In this document: positions 1 through 7,907 of the stretch, piece by piece
Numbering within the stretch: the first letter of the stretch is position 1
Layout: every line of letters begins with the position of its first letter
NCBI GenBank assembly: GCA_965220625.1
Contig: CBDCQN010000003.1
Coordinates: 1,162,186 to 1,226,185 of the forward strand
Source of the DNA: Dehalococcoidia bacterium
GTDB taxonomy: Bacteria > Chloroflexota > Dehalococcoidia > Lucifugimonadales > UBA3495
Direction: 5' to 3'
Length of the DNA stretch: 64,000 bases
Position numbers and translations under genes: made by a program
Notes under the pieces: model-generated
What the model was told of the DNA's origin: nothing
The model's database searches: none
The model's input: only the letters and a program-made list of their open reading frames with translations

Positions 1-107
1 ACGGTGAGCTAATCGGCGCCGTCGGCGGCAGTGGCGGGACCGCCCAAGAAGATGAGGACGCGGCCCTCGCCGGGATTCAGGCGGCCGGGCTTTCGGCAAC
101 CGCGTAG
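1..107 (+). CDS. GlcG/HbpS-like (DUF336) heme-binding protein, C-terminal fragment; the 5' end lies outside the window
   Basis: Frame 3 reads GELIGAVGGSGGTAQEDEDAALAGIQAAGLSATA then TAG at 105-107. This is the G-x-IGA-x-G-x-SGG...D C-terminal signature of DUF336, and it resembles the full-length paralog at 58763..59176. Confidence 0.55.
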   Translation, partial: GELIGAVGGSGGTAQEDEDAALAGIQAAGLSATA

Positions 108-124
108 GGGCCTTCGAAAATGTG

Positions 125-150
125 AAGGGCAGGCCTAATTGCCTGCCCTT
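125..150. terminator. GC-rich hairpin between convergent genes (aagggcaggc / gcctgccctt, 6-nt loop)
   Basis: Perfect 10-bp inverted repeat read directly from the sequence. On the minus strand it is followed by cacattttcg, downstream of the NHL gene. Confidence 0.45.
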
Positions 151-170
151 ACGGAAAAACGGTCCGATGT

Positions 171-193
171 AGGGGCAAGCTTGGCTTGCCCCT
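171..193. terminator. Second hairpin between convergent genes (aggggcaagc / gcttgcccct)
   Basis: 10-bp inverted repeat centred on aagctt, lying directly 3' of the NHL gene stop at 205. Confidence 0.4.
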
Positions 194-204
194 TAGTTTA
201 ACCG

Positions 205-1245
205 CTACCGTTTCCGGTAAACTTGGAACCGGTGCCGGTTCGTCTCCAAGACGTAAAGGCGTCCCTCCAAGTCCAAAGCCACCGCAACCGGCCCCCAGAA
301 ATAGGGCTCTGTCTGGGAAGACACATGATATGGCGTGTCCAGGTGGGACGGCAAGGTCGGCAGCAGGTTGGAGCGGTCCCGCTCCACCTTTTCTTCCGGA
401 TTGGAGTCGAAATATTCCTGGGCCCACTTGGAAACGGTAGCCTCTCCCCGCAGCAGCACCTGGAAGCCACCCTCGGAGTCCAAGACCTGCACACGCTCAT
501 TGCCCCAGTCGGCGACGTAGATGTAGCCTTCGCCATCCACCGCCACCTGCGTGGGCCTTTGAAACTGGCCTTCACCGTTGCCCGAAGAACCGAAGGCAGC
601 CAGGAACTCGCCGTCAGGGGTGAACTTCTGGACGCGGTCGTTGCGCCAATCGGCGACGTAAACGTTCCCTTCGCCGTCGGTGGCAACTCCCCACGGTAGA
701 TTGAACTGCCCTTCTCCGCTGCCAAAGGAGCCCCACTTGCGGATAAAACTTCCATCTGTACCGAACTTCTGTACCCGTGAGTTGTGCTGGTCCACCACAT
801 AAACGGAATCATCTGGTCCGACGGCTATGCCAGCCGGGCCGTTGAACTCGCCGTCGCCTTGCCCCGGAGCGCCCCACTTGTCCAGGTAATTGCCTGAGGA
901 GTCGAACACGCTGACCCGCTGGTTGTGCTCATCGGTAATATAAAAGCGCTCCCGGCTATCGAAGGCAACAGCCACCGGCCAGACAAATTGCCCGTCACCC
1001 GAGCCGCCGCCATTGCCGAATTCGCCCAAGTAGTCTTCGTCCAGGTTGCAGATGCCGATCCGGATACCGGCGGCGCGGGCGGGGTCCGCCCGGTTCAGCA
1101 CGAAGATCCGCCCGTCCTTGGCGACCGCAAGGTCGTAGGGATTGGCGAACCCCCGGCCGTTCAGGCCGTTGCTGACGATACCGATGGTCTTGATGTAGTC
1201 CAGTACGATACTGGAGGTTTGTGTTTGAGTGGTCAATGCCCTCAC
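205..1245 (-). CDS. NHL-repeat (six-bladed beta-propeller) protein
   Basis: 346-aa ORF with about 6 repeats of the F-x-x-P-x-G-V-A-x-D-x-x-G-x-x-Y-V-x-D-x-x-N-x-R-V-Q-x-F type. GTG start at 1245 is preceded by gagaggg. Confidence 0.8.
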   Translation of the reverse strand: MRALTTQTQTSSIVLDYIKTIGIVSNGLNGRGFANPYDLAVAKDGRIFVLNRADPARAAGIRIGICNLDEDYLGEFGNGGGSGDGQFVWPVAVAFDSRERFYITDEHNQRVSVFDSSGNYLDKWGAPGQGDGEFNGPAGIAVGPDDSVYVVDQHNSRVQKFGTDGSFIRKWGSFGSGEGQFNLPWGVATDGEGNVYVADWRNDRVQKFTPDGEFLAAFGSSGNGEGQFQRPTQVAVDGEGYIYVADWGNERVQVLDSEGGFQVLLRGEATVSKWAQEYFDSNPEEKVERDRSNLLPTLPSHLDTPYHVSSQTEPYFWGPVAVALDLEGRLYVLETNRHRFQVYRKR

Positions 1246-1270
1246 CCTAACCCTCTCCCAGAGAGAGGGG
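1244..1270. repeat. Short palindromic module 'CCTAACC + CT-arm/loop/GA-arm' (ccctctc ccaga gagaggg)
   Basis: 7-bp stem read from the sequence. Related copies lie at about 45675-45705, 54797-54835 (inverted) and 54858-54890. Confidence 0.5.
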
Positions 1271-1274
1271 ATCT

Positions 1275-1409
1275 ATCTGTGCCCTCGCCAAAGGCGGAGA
1301 GGAGGTTTATCTGTGCCCCCGCCAAAGGCGGAGAGGAGGTTTATCTGTGCCCCCGCCAAAGGCGGAGAGGAGGTTTACCTGTGCCCCGCCCAAGGCGGAG
1401 AGGAGGTTT
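1275..1409. repeat. Tandem repeat, 4 copies of a 34-bp unit (atctgtgccc[c/t]cgccaaaggcggagaggaggttt)
   Basis: Copies at 1275-1308, 1309-1342, 1343-1376 and 1377-1409 (the last is 33 nt and diverged). Each unit holds a small GC hairpin (ccgcc aaa ggcgg). The repeat is intergenic, between the DUF1800 stop and the NHL start. Confidence 0.85.
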
Positions 1410-1444
1410 ATTAGGCGCCCTCTGCTTTAATGTTCCTTCACCTT

Positions 1445-2860
1445 TTAGGCCAGCTGGTACTCTTTGGTGGCGGCTATCAGGCGCAGCATTTGGCCTACAC
1501 GTTGCTCGGCCTGGTCGCCGGGCTCCCGGTCTCGCAGGTCCAGGTCGCCATGGCGCGACGCGTAATCCACCAAAACGGAACGGGTCTCGTCGCTGACTTC
1601 GATGGGACCCAGCAGGTCCACGCAGCCGTCGGCCAATTCGGCCGGAGTGAGCACACCGTCGTTGTCGGATGCCAGACGGTTGATGATGGAGCGCACGCCA
1701 GGGCTGCTGACGTCGGCCAGTTCTTTACCGGCGAAATTCACCCGCTCGACCAGGCTGCCGCTGTCGATCCACTCCGCGCCTTCGTGCCAGCCTTCCACCG
1801 TGGGCGGTTGCAGCAGTCCCTGGCCCATATAAAGCATGTTGTTGGAGACTTTCTCGATGCCCAAGGTCGGCGTCTGGTAGCTCCCGGCCATCCGGATCGC
1901 GCCGACAACCATCTCCACCGGGCCCTTCACTCTGGCGAACCGGGCCTCCGGGGACTTGAAGTATTCGGAGTTGAACAGAGTCCGGAGCACGTCCCGGACC
2001 TGGTAGCCCGACTCGAAGTACGTTTCCATCATCGCGTCGACGGCCCGGCGTCCCTGCTCGGTGATCTCATCGGCGGCAAAGAACTTGAACAGTCTTGTGC
2101 AGACGAACTCGGCAGTGGCGTCCTGCTTGGCGATGATGTCGATAATGTCTTCACCGTTGAAGTCGCCGGTCTCGCCCAAGAAGGTTTTCTCGCCGTCGTC
2201 GTGGTCTTCTTGGCGGTAGTCAAAGTGCCAGGCGATGCGGCCGTAGGGCCAGATGGAGTCCTTGTAGGCCCGGACCGCCATGTACTCCGCGTTGGCCAGG
2301 GTCCAGCCGGTGAAGGCGCGGGCACATTCCTTGATGTCGTCCTCGGTATAGTTGCCGATGCCCATGGAGAAAAGCTCCAGCAACTCCCGGCCGTAATTCT
2401 CGTTGATGGCGTCGCCGTGGTTGTCGTTGTTGTCCAACCAGACCAGCATCGCCGGGTCTCGGGAAATCTCCAGCAGAAGCTCGTCGAAGCGCCCCAACCC
2501 GGAGCGGCGGAACATTTCGACCTGGTTGAGCTGGGAGCGGGCTTGGTTGAGCTTGGAGTAACCGGTAGCTAACAGGCCGTGCCAGAACAGGGCGACCTTT
2601 TCCTCCAGCGGGCACCGGGTGCTGATCATCCGATACATCCAGTAAGCTGCTGACCCGGCCAAGTCACGCAGTTCCGACTGCTCGACATGGTATCGCCGGA
2701 TCAGGTCATCGGGCATGTTGTTGGCGTCGGCGGGCTCCAGCAGTTCTTCTACCGTGGCCTCGTACCCCTGCTCCAGGTAGCGTTCCAACTCGTCGCGATT
2801 CGCGCCGAAACCGGCGCGGCGCAACAGGTGGGCCATCAGGGCGGTGTCGTTGTTGCTCAT
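1445..2860 (-). CDS. DUF1800 domain protein
   Basis: N-terminus MSNNDTALMAHLLRRAGFGA is typical of DUF1800. I prefer the ATG at 2860, preceded by gaggaaggaa, over the ORF-track start at 2920. Confidence 0.8.
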   Translation of the reverse strand: MSNNDTALMAHLLRRAGFGANRDELERYLEQGYEATVEELLEPADANNMPDDLIRRYHVEQSELRDLAGSAAYWMYRMISTRCPLEEKVALFWHGLLATGYSKLNQARSQLNQVEMFRRSGLGRFDELLLEISRDPAMLVWLDNNDNHGDAINENYGRELLELFSMGIGNYTEDDIKECARAFTGWTLANAEYMAVRAYKDSIWPYGRIAWHFDYRQEDHDDGEKTFLGETGDFNGEDIIDIIAKQDATAEFVCTRLFKFFAADEITEQGRRAVDAMMETYFESGYQVRDVLRTLFNSEYFKSPEARFARVKGPVEMVVGAIRMAGSYQTPTLGIEKVSNNMLYMGQGLLQPPTVEGWHEGAEWIDSGSLVERVNFAGKELADVSSPGVRSIINRLASDNDGVLTPAELADGCVDLLGPIEVSDETRSVLVDYASRHGDLDLRDREPGDQAEQRVGQMLRLIAATKEYQLA

Positions 2861-2937
2861 TTCCTTCCTCGCTGTCAGGCTTTCTACGTCCTGTCCGGCG
2901 TAGCGTAGCGGTGTCCACACACCAACCGGCTTGGGCG

Positions 2938-3384
2938 CTACCGTGTCCTAATGCCCGGCGTTTGCTCGAATTGTTGAGAAGGCGGCGGCTCCGTGAACGG
3001 CTGGGTGTTGGCTTCCGCCTCCAAACGCCTCTGATTCCACGCTTCCCACCGGTCTCGCTCCCTGGCCTCGCCTCGGGCCTCGCCTTCTTTGTACTGCCGG
3101 TACTGCTCCTTTCGGTACTTTTCCAGCATTAGAGTGAATATCATGACCACCTCCACCAGAGCGATGCTTTCCGCAGCGATTGCCACTACTCCTGACCCTA
3201 CGTCACGCCCAATGTCGAATATGGTTTCCGGCCATGGGCTCTCTGTTGTTGAGAATGCCTCGTACCAGACCGCCAAGCCCAGCACACAAAGGATTTGGGC
3301 CGAGAATATCGCAAAATACAGCCTCCGCCAATACTCCGGTACGCTCCATATCGATGTCCGCTGGTCCAGGTCAGAGCTTGTCAC
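2938..3384 (-). CDS. Small membrane protein (2 predicted TM helices plus a charged Lys/Glu/Arg tail), hypothetical
   Basis: 148-aa ORF with hydrophobic stretches FAIFSAQILCVLGLAVW and GVVAIAAESIALVEVVMIFTL. GTG start has no clear SD. It is wedged between the DUF1501 and DUF1800 genes. Confidence 0.4.
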   Translation of the reverse strand: MTSSDLDQRTSIWSVPEYWRRLYFAIFSAQILCVLGLAVWYEAFSTTESPWPETIFDIGRDVGSGVVAIAAESIALVEVVMIFTLMLEKYRKEQYRQYKEGEARGEARERDRWEAWNQRRLEAEANTQPFTEPPPSQQFEQTPGIRTR

Positions 3385-3391
3385 CGTTAGC

Positions 3392-4525
3392 TTAAGCGCG
3401 AAACAGGTCGAACCGCTCGAAGTTGCCGTTCACGATGGGGTCGGGGTCCAAGCCAAGCCATTTTTCCAGAATTGCAGAGTAGGTGCTGCGAAAGTCGTTG
3501 TTGGGACGGAGGTCTCCTTGAATCTGGTCGGCCTCTGACAAGGACGGGTACTCGCCGTACATGCCGCCGTTGACCGCGCCGCCGATCAGAAAGGCGACCC
3601 CGCCGGAGCCGTGATCGCTGCCGGTGCCGTTGTCTTTGATACGGCGGCCAAACTCGGAGAACACGAGAACGGCTGCATCGTCCTCTCGCCCGTGCTCCTT
3701 CAGGTCATCCATCAGGCTGCCCACGGCCCCGGCCACGTCGTCCCAGAGGGAGGCGTGGGTCGGCAGTTCCCCGGAGTGGGTGTCGAAACTGCCGTGCTGA
3801 GTGTAGTAAACACGCGTCCCAAGGCCGGCCAAGAACACTTGGGCGATGCTCCTCGCGTTCTGCGAAAGGGAGTCACCGCGGTACTCCACCGGCGAAGAGT
3901 ACTGCGCGGGAGCGGTCCGGAGAATGTCCGCGCCCTCGTAGGCGTCGCGGCCGGTCTTGGCGAGCATGTCCATCACCGGGTCGCGGCCGGCGGCGGCTCC
4001 ATACATCTTGGTGAAAGCCTCCAGGGTGAACATACGCAGTTCTTCGTCCTGAACGTCGGGGAACAGTCCATAAGTAGCCAGGTCGCCGACGGAGGCCACC
4101 GACACGCCGGGGCAGCCGAGAGCCCGCGGCAGGCCCCGGCCGAAGTTGATGCCGGTCAGCACGTTCTCGCCTTGGGGGTCGATGTCGCGGATGGCACGGC
4201 CCAGCCAGCCCTCGGTCCCGATGGCCTCGGGCTCAGCCGTGTGCCAGATGTCCATGGAGCGGAAGTGGGAGCGGTTGGGATTCTCGTAGCCGATCCCGTT
4301 GATGACCGCCACCTTCCCCTCGTCCCACAATGCCTTCATCGGCCCCATGCTGGGGTTGAATCCCACCTTGTCGTCCAAGGGCAAAACCCGGTCTTGCGGA
4401 ATGTTGACCGTGGAGCGGAAGTCGTAGTATCGCCCGTCGCCATAGGGCACCACGGTGTTCAGGTAGTCGTTCCCTCCGGAAAGCTGGATGACTATCAGTC
4501 CCTTTTCGTGCTTGTTAGTAGTCAT
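3392..4525 (-). CDS. DUF1501 domain protein (sulfatase-like fold)
   Basis: 377 aa. GLIVIQLSGGNDYLNTVVPYGD and the C-terminal SEFGRR...N..GSDHG motifs are typical of DUF1501. SD aagagga lies upstream. Confidence 0.85.
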   Translation of the reverse strand: MTTNKHEKGLIVIQLSGGNDYLNTVVPYGDGRYYDFRSTVNIPQDRVLPLDDKVGFNPSMGPMKALWDEGKVAVINGIGYENPNRSHFRSMDIWHTAEPEAIGTEGWLGRAIRDIDPQGENVLTGINFGRGLPRALGCPGVSVASVGDLATYGLFPDVQDEELRMFTLEAFTKMYGAAAGRDPVMDMLAKTGRDAYEGADILRTAPAQYSSPVEYRGDSLSQNARSIAQVFLAGLGTRVYYTQHGSFDTHSGELPTHASLWDDVAGAVGSLMDDLKEHGREDDAAVLVFSEFGRRIKDNGTGSDHGSGGVAFLIGGAVNGGMYGEYPSLSEADQIQGDLRPNNDFRSTYSAILEKWLGLDPDPIVNGNFERFDLFRA

Positions 4526-4812
4526 TTGCTGAGTCCTCTTGGTATCTGTCGATTTAATACAAATCTACTATGCTCAAGCTGAACGGGCAAGGGGCGTCGG
4601 ATGCAGCTACGTCTGTGAATCACAAACTCATGCGGGATATCCTGGAATGCGTGAGTCGCCAAGGAATGGAAAATCCATCGGCGGTCCATACAGGCGCCGC
4701 GAGCTGTGAGGCGATGGCCATCGTCAGCGCCGCCGGCAATTCCTCGCTGAGAATACGTCATCGACGGAGCCGCCCGCCGGGCAGCGGGTCGCTCGGTTGC
4801 TGCCTGAAGCAG

Positions 4813-5991
4813 CTACTCCCCGGTGTACCTGGCGCCCTCTGCAGCGGGCTCGCCAACGGGCCGCCAAGCGAAGCGACCCGAGTAGGGGTTGGCTATTCCC
4901 TCCATCGCGTCGGCGGTCAGCCTTCCCAAAACCGGGGCGAACTTGAAAGCGTGCCCGCTTCCGCCGGTGGACACTGTCAGGCCTTCAATATCCGGGTGCC
5001 TTCCGATGAGGAAGTTTCCATCCCAAGTATCGCAGTAGACGCACATCTTGGAACCGGACAAGGGCATGTCGGCCAATTCCGGGAGAGAGCGGGCCAGGAA
5101 GTCGCGGCACCGGGCTTCGTCACCTTCTTGAAGGACCCGTGGAGCGTCCGGAGGCACCGAGTGTCCCGGCCCGTGGTTGGCTATCTTGAGCACCCCTTCC
5201 TCGTTCGCCGGAAATCCATACCAACCGGACCGAGGCATGTCCGCGCCCCAAGGAGGGAATTGTGGTCCCCGGAAACGCTCGGGATTGGGCGGCCTGAAAT
5301 AGAGAATCGGCTGTCCTGAGGGTCTCATGAAACCGGAGAGTTCGGGCAGCAGCGTCGGCGTCCACACACCGGCCGAGACCACGACCCGGTCGGCGCGGAC
5401 TTGAGAGCCGTCGGCGGCTGTCACGCCACGGACGGCGCCGTTCTCTTGAATCAAGGAGTTTGCCGAAAACCCGGTCCTGACGGCTATCCCGGCCGCCTCC
5501 GCGTCCCTGGCCAACAACGACGTAGCAGTTGCGGCCTCTGCCCAGCCTCCCCGGGGGTTCAGGTACCCGTCGACGTAGTAATCGGAGTTCCATCCGGGGA
5601 ACCGTTGACCGACGGACTCGGCTGACAACCGTTGCAGCGCCCACCCCTGGCCGCTGAGGGTTTCGAAGGATTGTAGCTCGAACCCGCCCCGCTCCAATGG
5701 TTGGCTGCTCAGAAGCATGAAGCCGTCTTCGTGGTAAACGGCCCGGCCCCAGCGGGCATTCCATTGGTGCCAGCCGTCAATCGCCTCGGCCCCCAAGCGG
5801 CTGTACAGCGTGTCCGTGCCGTAATCCATACGGACCATGCGGCTGACGTCGTTCGACGCCGCCGAGGGATGGGGGACCGGGCCGGGGTCAACGACCGTCA
5901 CGCGGTAACCCCGCTCCCGGAGAGCCAGCGCCCCGGTCAACCCGAAAACGCCTGCGCCCACAACGACTACTGCGGTATTCCGCGTCGCCAT
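4813..5991 (-). CDS. FAD-dependent oxidoreductase (DAO / sarcosine-oxidase-like family)
   Basis: N-terminal VVVVGAGVFGLTGALALRERGYRVTVVD is a Rossmann GxGxxG motif. 392 aa. Confidence 0.8.
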   Translation of the reverse strand: MATRNTAVVVVGAGVFGLTGALALRERGYRVTVVDPGPVPHPSAASNDVSRMVRMDYGTDTLYSRLGAEAIDGWHQWNARWGRAVYHEDGFMLLSSQPLERGGFELQSFETLSGQGWALQRLSAESVGQRFPGWNSDYYVDGYLNPRGGWAEAATATSLLARDAEAAGIAVRTGFSANSLIQENGAVRGVTAADGSQVRADRVVVSAGVWTPTLLPELSGFMRPSGQPILYFRPPNPERFRGPQFPPWGADMPRSGWYGFPANEEGVLKIANHGPGHSVPPDAPRVLQEGDEARCRDFLARSLPELADMPLSGSKMCVYCDTWDGNFLIGRHPDIEGLTVSTGGSGHAFKFAPVLGRLTADAMEGIANPYSGRFAWRPVGEPAAEGARYTGE

Positions 5992-5992
5992 C

Positions 5993-6595
5993 TTACCCGG
6001 CCGCTTGGACCATGGCCCTCAGGTCGTCCACGCTCAGGTCTCCCCAGCGTTGCTCACCCCCGATGAGGTAGGTGGGAGTCCCGGTGATGTCCCGGGCCCG
6101 GGCAGCCTGGTATTCCTCCACCACCTGGGCCCGATAATACCCGGACTCCAGCAGGGGCCCCAGTGCCGCCCAGTCGAGACCGCTCTCTTCGGCGAGTGCT
6201 TTAATGACGGCGACATTCCCTAAATCGGCCCGGCGCTCCCAGAATGCTCCCGCAGCCACGTGATGGAAGCGGCCGTCCAATCCCTGCTCTTTGGCGTAGG
6301 CGGTAGCCTCGTGGGCCATCAACGTATTGGGCGACCAACTGGGCCGGTGCATGGTGAGTCCGACGCCCCGGGCCCGCTCTTGCATCGCCGGATTGAGCTC
6401 GGTCTCGGTCTCGCCGTCGAATATCCGGCGGGGTTCGCCCTCAGGAGGCCGGTCAGGCCCCAGCAGGTAGGGGCGGCGATGAATGGTAAGGCTGAACTCT
6501 TGGGCCAATATGTCGAGCCTGCCCAGGCCGACGTAGCAGAAGGGTCAAGTGTAGTCGTGCCAGATGGTGACTTCCACGGATTTGGTCGCAGCCAT
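5993..6595 (-). CDS. DsbA-family (FrnE-like) thiol oxidoreductase with in-frame TGA at the first Cys of CxxC; candidate selenoprotein (alternatively a pseudogene)
   Basis: The ATG at 6595 (preceded by ggaagga) reads MAATKSVEVTIWHDYT-[TGA 6547..6545]-PFCYVGLGRLDILAQEF, in the same frame as the track ORF 5993..6508. The track ORF alone lacks the redox motif. Confidence 0.6.
6512..6532 (-). promoter_or_regulatory. Candidate bacterial SECIS-like hairpin downstream of the in-frame UGA
   Basis: Minus strand GTCGGCC-UGGGCA-GGC(U)CGAC gives a 7 bp stem with one bulged U and a G-rich 6-nt loop. It starts 13 nt after the TGA. Confidence 0.4.
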
Positions 6596-6685
6596 AATTC
6601 CTTCCTGTTCATCTTATTAGCGGTGGGCCAGATAGGGCGGCGCAGGCCCGAACCGTCCGCGATACGGGCCTGCCGGTAAGAGCGA

Positions 6686-7639
6686 TTAGTCGCCGGCCGC
6701 GCTGGGGGCCGCTGCGCGGGCGAAGGCGTTGCCCAATGCGGCGTTGGCCTCGGCCATGGCATCGCCGCCCGCATCGACGACGCCCACCATGCCAAAGAAG
6801 CCGTGAATCATACCGTCGTACCGGGTGGCGGTTGTCTCCACCCCGGCTCCTTCGAGCCGGCAGGCGTAAGACTCTCCTTCATCCCGCAATGGGTCGAATT
6901 CAGCGGTAATCACCAACGCCGGGGGCTGGCCGGCGAGGCTCTGGGCCTGCATCGGGGCGGCGAATGGATTGGAGGCGTCGGCATCGTTTGCCAGGTACTG
7001 GTCCCAATACCAGACCATGCCGTCGCGCAGCAGCATGTACCCCTCGGCATTGTCATTGTAGGAGGGAGTCTCGAAGTTCCGGTCGGTGACCGGGTAGACC
7101 AGCAGTTGGAAGGCGATGTCCGGCCCGTTGCGGTCGGCGGCCATCAAGGAGATGGCGGCGGCCAGGTTGCCGCCGGCGCTGTCGCCCCCCACGGCGATGC
7201 GGGTGGCGTCGCCGTTTATGGACGCCGCGTTGTTCACCGCCCAGACGGTGGCGGCATAGCAGTCTTCCGCCGGGCCGGGGAACTTGGTCTCAGGGGCCAG
7301 CCGGTAGTCCACGGAGACTACCACGCATTCGGCGCCGACACAGAGGTGACGGGCCGATGCATCGGCCGATTCCAGGTCTCCAATCACCCAGCCGCCGCCG
7401 TGGAACCAGGCCAGTATAGGGAACGGCCCCGCCCCTTCCGGAGTGTAGATTCGCACGGGGACATCGCTGTCTGGACCGGGAATGGTCCGGTTTTCCACCT
7501 TGGCGACCTCGGGACCGACGGCACGGGGCCGGGTGCGGGCGTTGGCCCGGGCTTCCTCGGGGGTTACGGTATGCGCCGGGGGCAGGCCGAGGGCGTTAAT
7601 CTGTTCTATTACCGCCTGTGCTTGCGGGTGTAGTGGCAT
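6686..7639 (-). CDS. Alpha/beta hydrolase, HSL-type esterase/lipase
   Basis: HGGGW oxyanion motif and GDSAGG nucleophile elbow. I prefer the ATG at 7639, preceded by ggaggacgacg. Confidence 0.85.
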   Translation of the reverse strand: MPLHPQAQAVIEQINALGLPPAHTVTPEEARANARTRPRAVGPEVAKVENRTIPGPDSDVPVRIYTPEGAGPFPILAWFHGGGWVIGDLESADASARHLCVGAECVVVSVDYRLAPETKFPGPAEDCYAATVWAVNNAASINGDATRIAVGGDSAGGNLAAAISLMAADRNGPDIAFQLLVYPVTDRNFETPSYNDNAEGYMLLRDGMVWYWDQYLANDADASNPFAAPMQAQSLAGQPPALVITAEFDPLRDEGESYACRLEGAGVETTATRYDGMIHGFFGMVGVVDAGGDAMAEANAALGNAFARAAAPSAAGD

Positions 7640-7907
7640 CGTCGTCCTCCGAATATCGGTCCGGGGCTTCATAATTTGGAGCGCCCGACCTTACGTTAAA
7701 AGACCTTCTCTATCCTAGCGGCGTCGGGTGGCCGTGGCAAACGCTCCTGTCACTCTTCCGTGTACGGCGGACGCAACGCCGTCCCACTACCCGCTTGCCA
7801 AGTACCCCATCCACTCCAGTCGTTCTAGACGGCATGGAACCCGGCCGATAAACTGTCTCGTAACATCTCCTGCTGGAAATCATGCCGATAACTGACCGGA
7901 GGACGGT

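Noticed and set aside
1275-1409. Possible CRISPR array.
   Set aside because: The repeats are directly abutting 34-bp units with no unique spacers and no cas genes, so this is a tandem repeat rather than a CRISPR array.
925-1596. ORFs 925..1596 and 1229..1414, which encode repeated ...CPRQRRRGG... peptides.
   Set aside because: These are a translation artefact of the 34-bp tandem repeat, and they overlap the NHL and DUF1800 genes in antisense.
4522-4761. 79-aa ORF, and other small ORFs, in the 287-bp gap between the DUF1501 and FAD-oxidoreductase genes.
   Set aside because: Third-position composition is mixed, there is no SD and there are no motifs. I treat the region as a leader or intergenic sequence.
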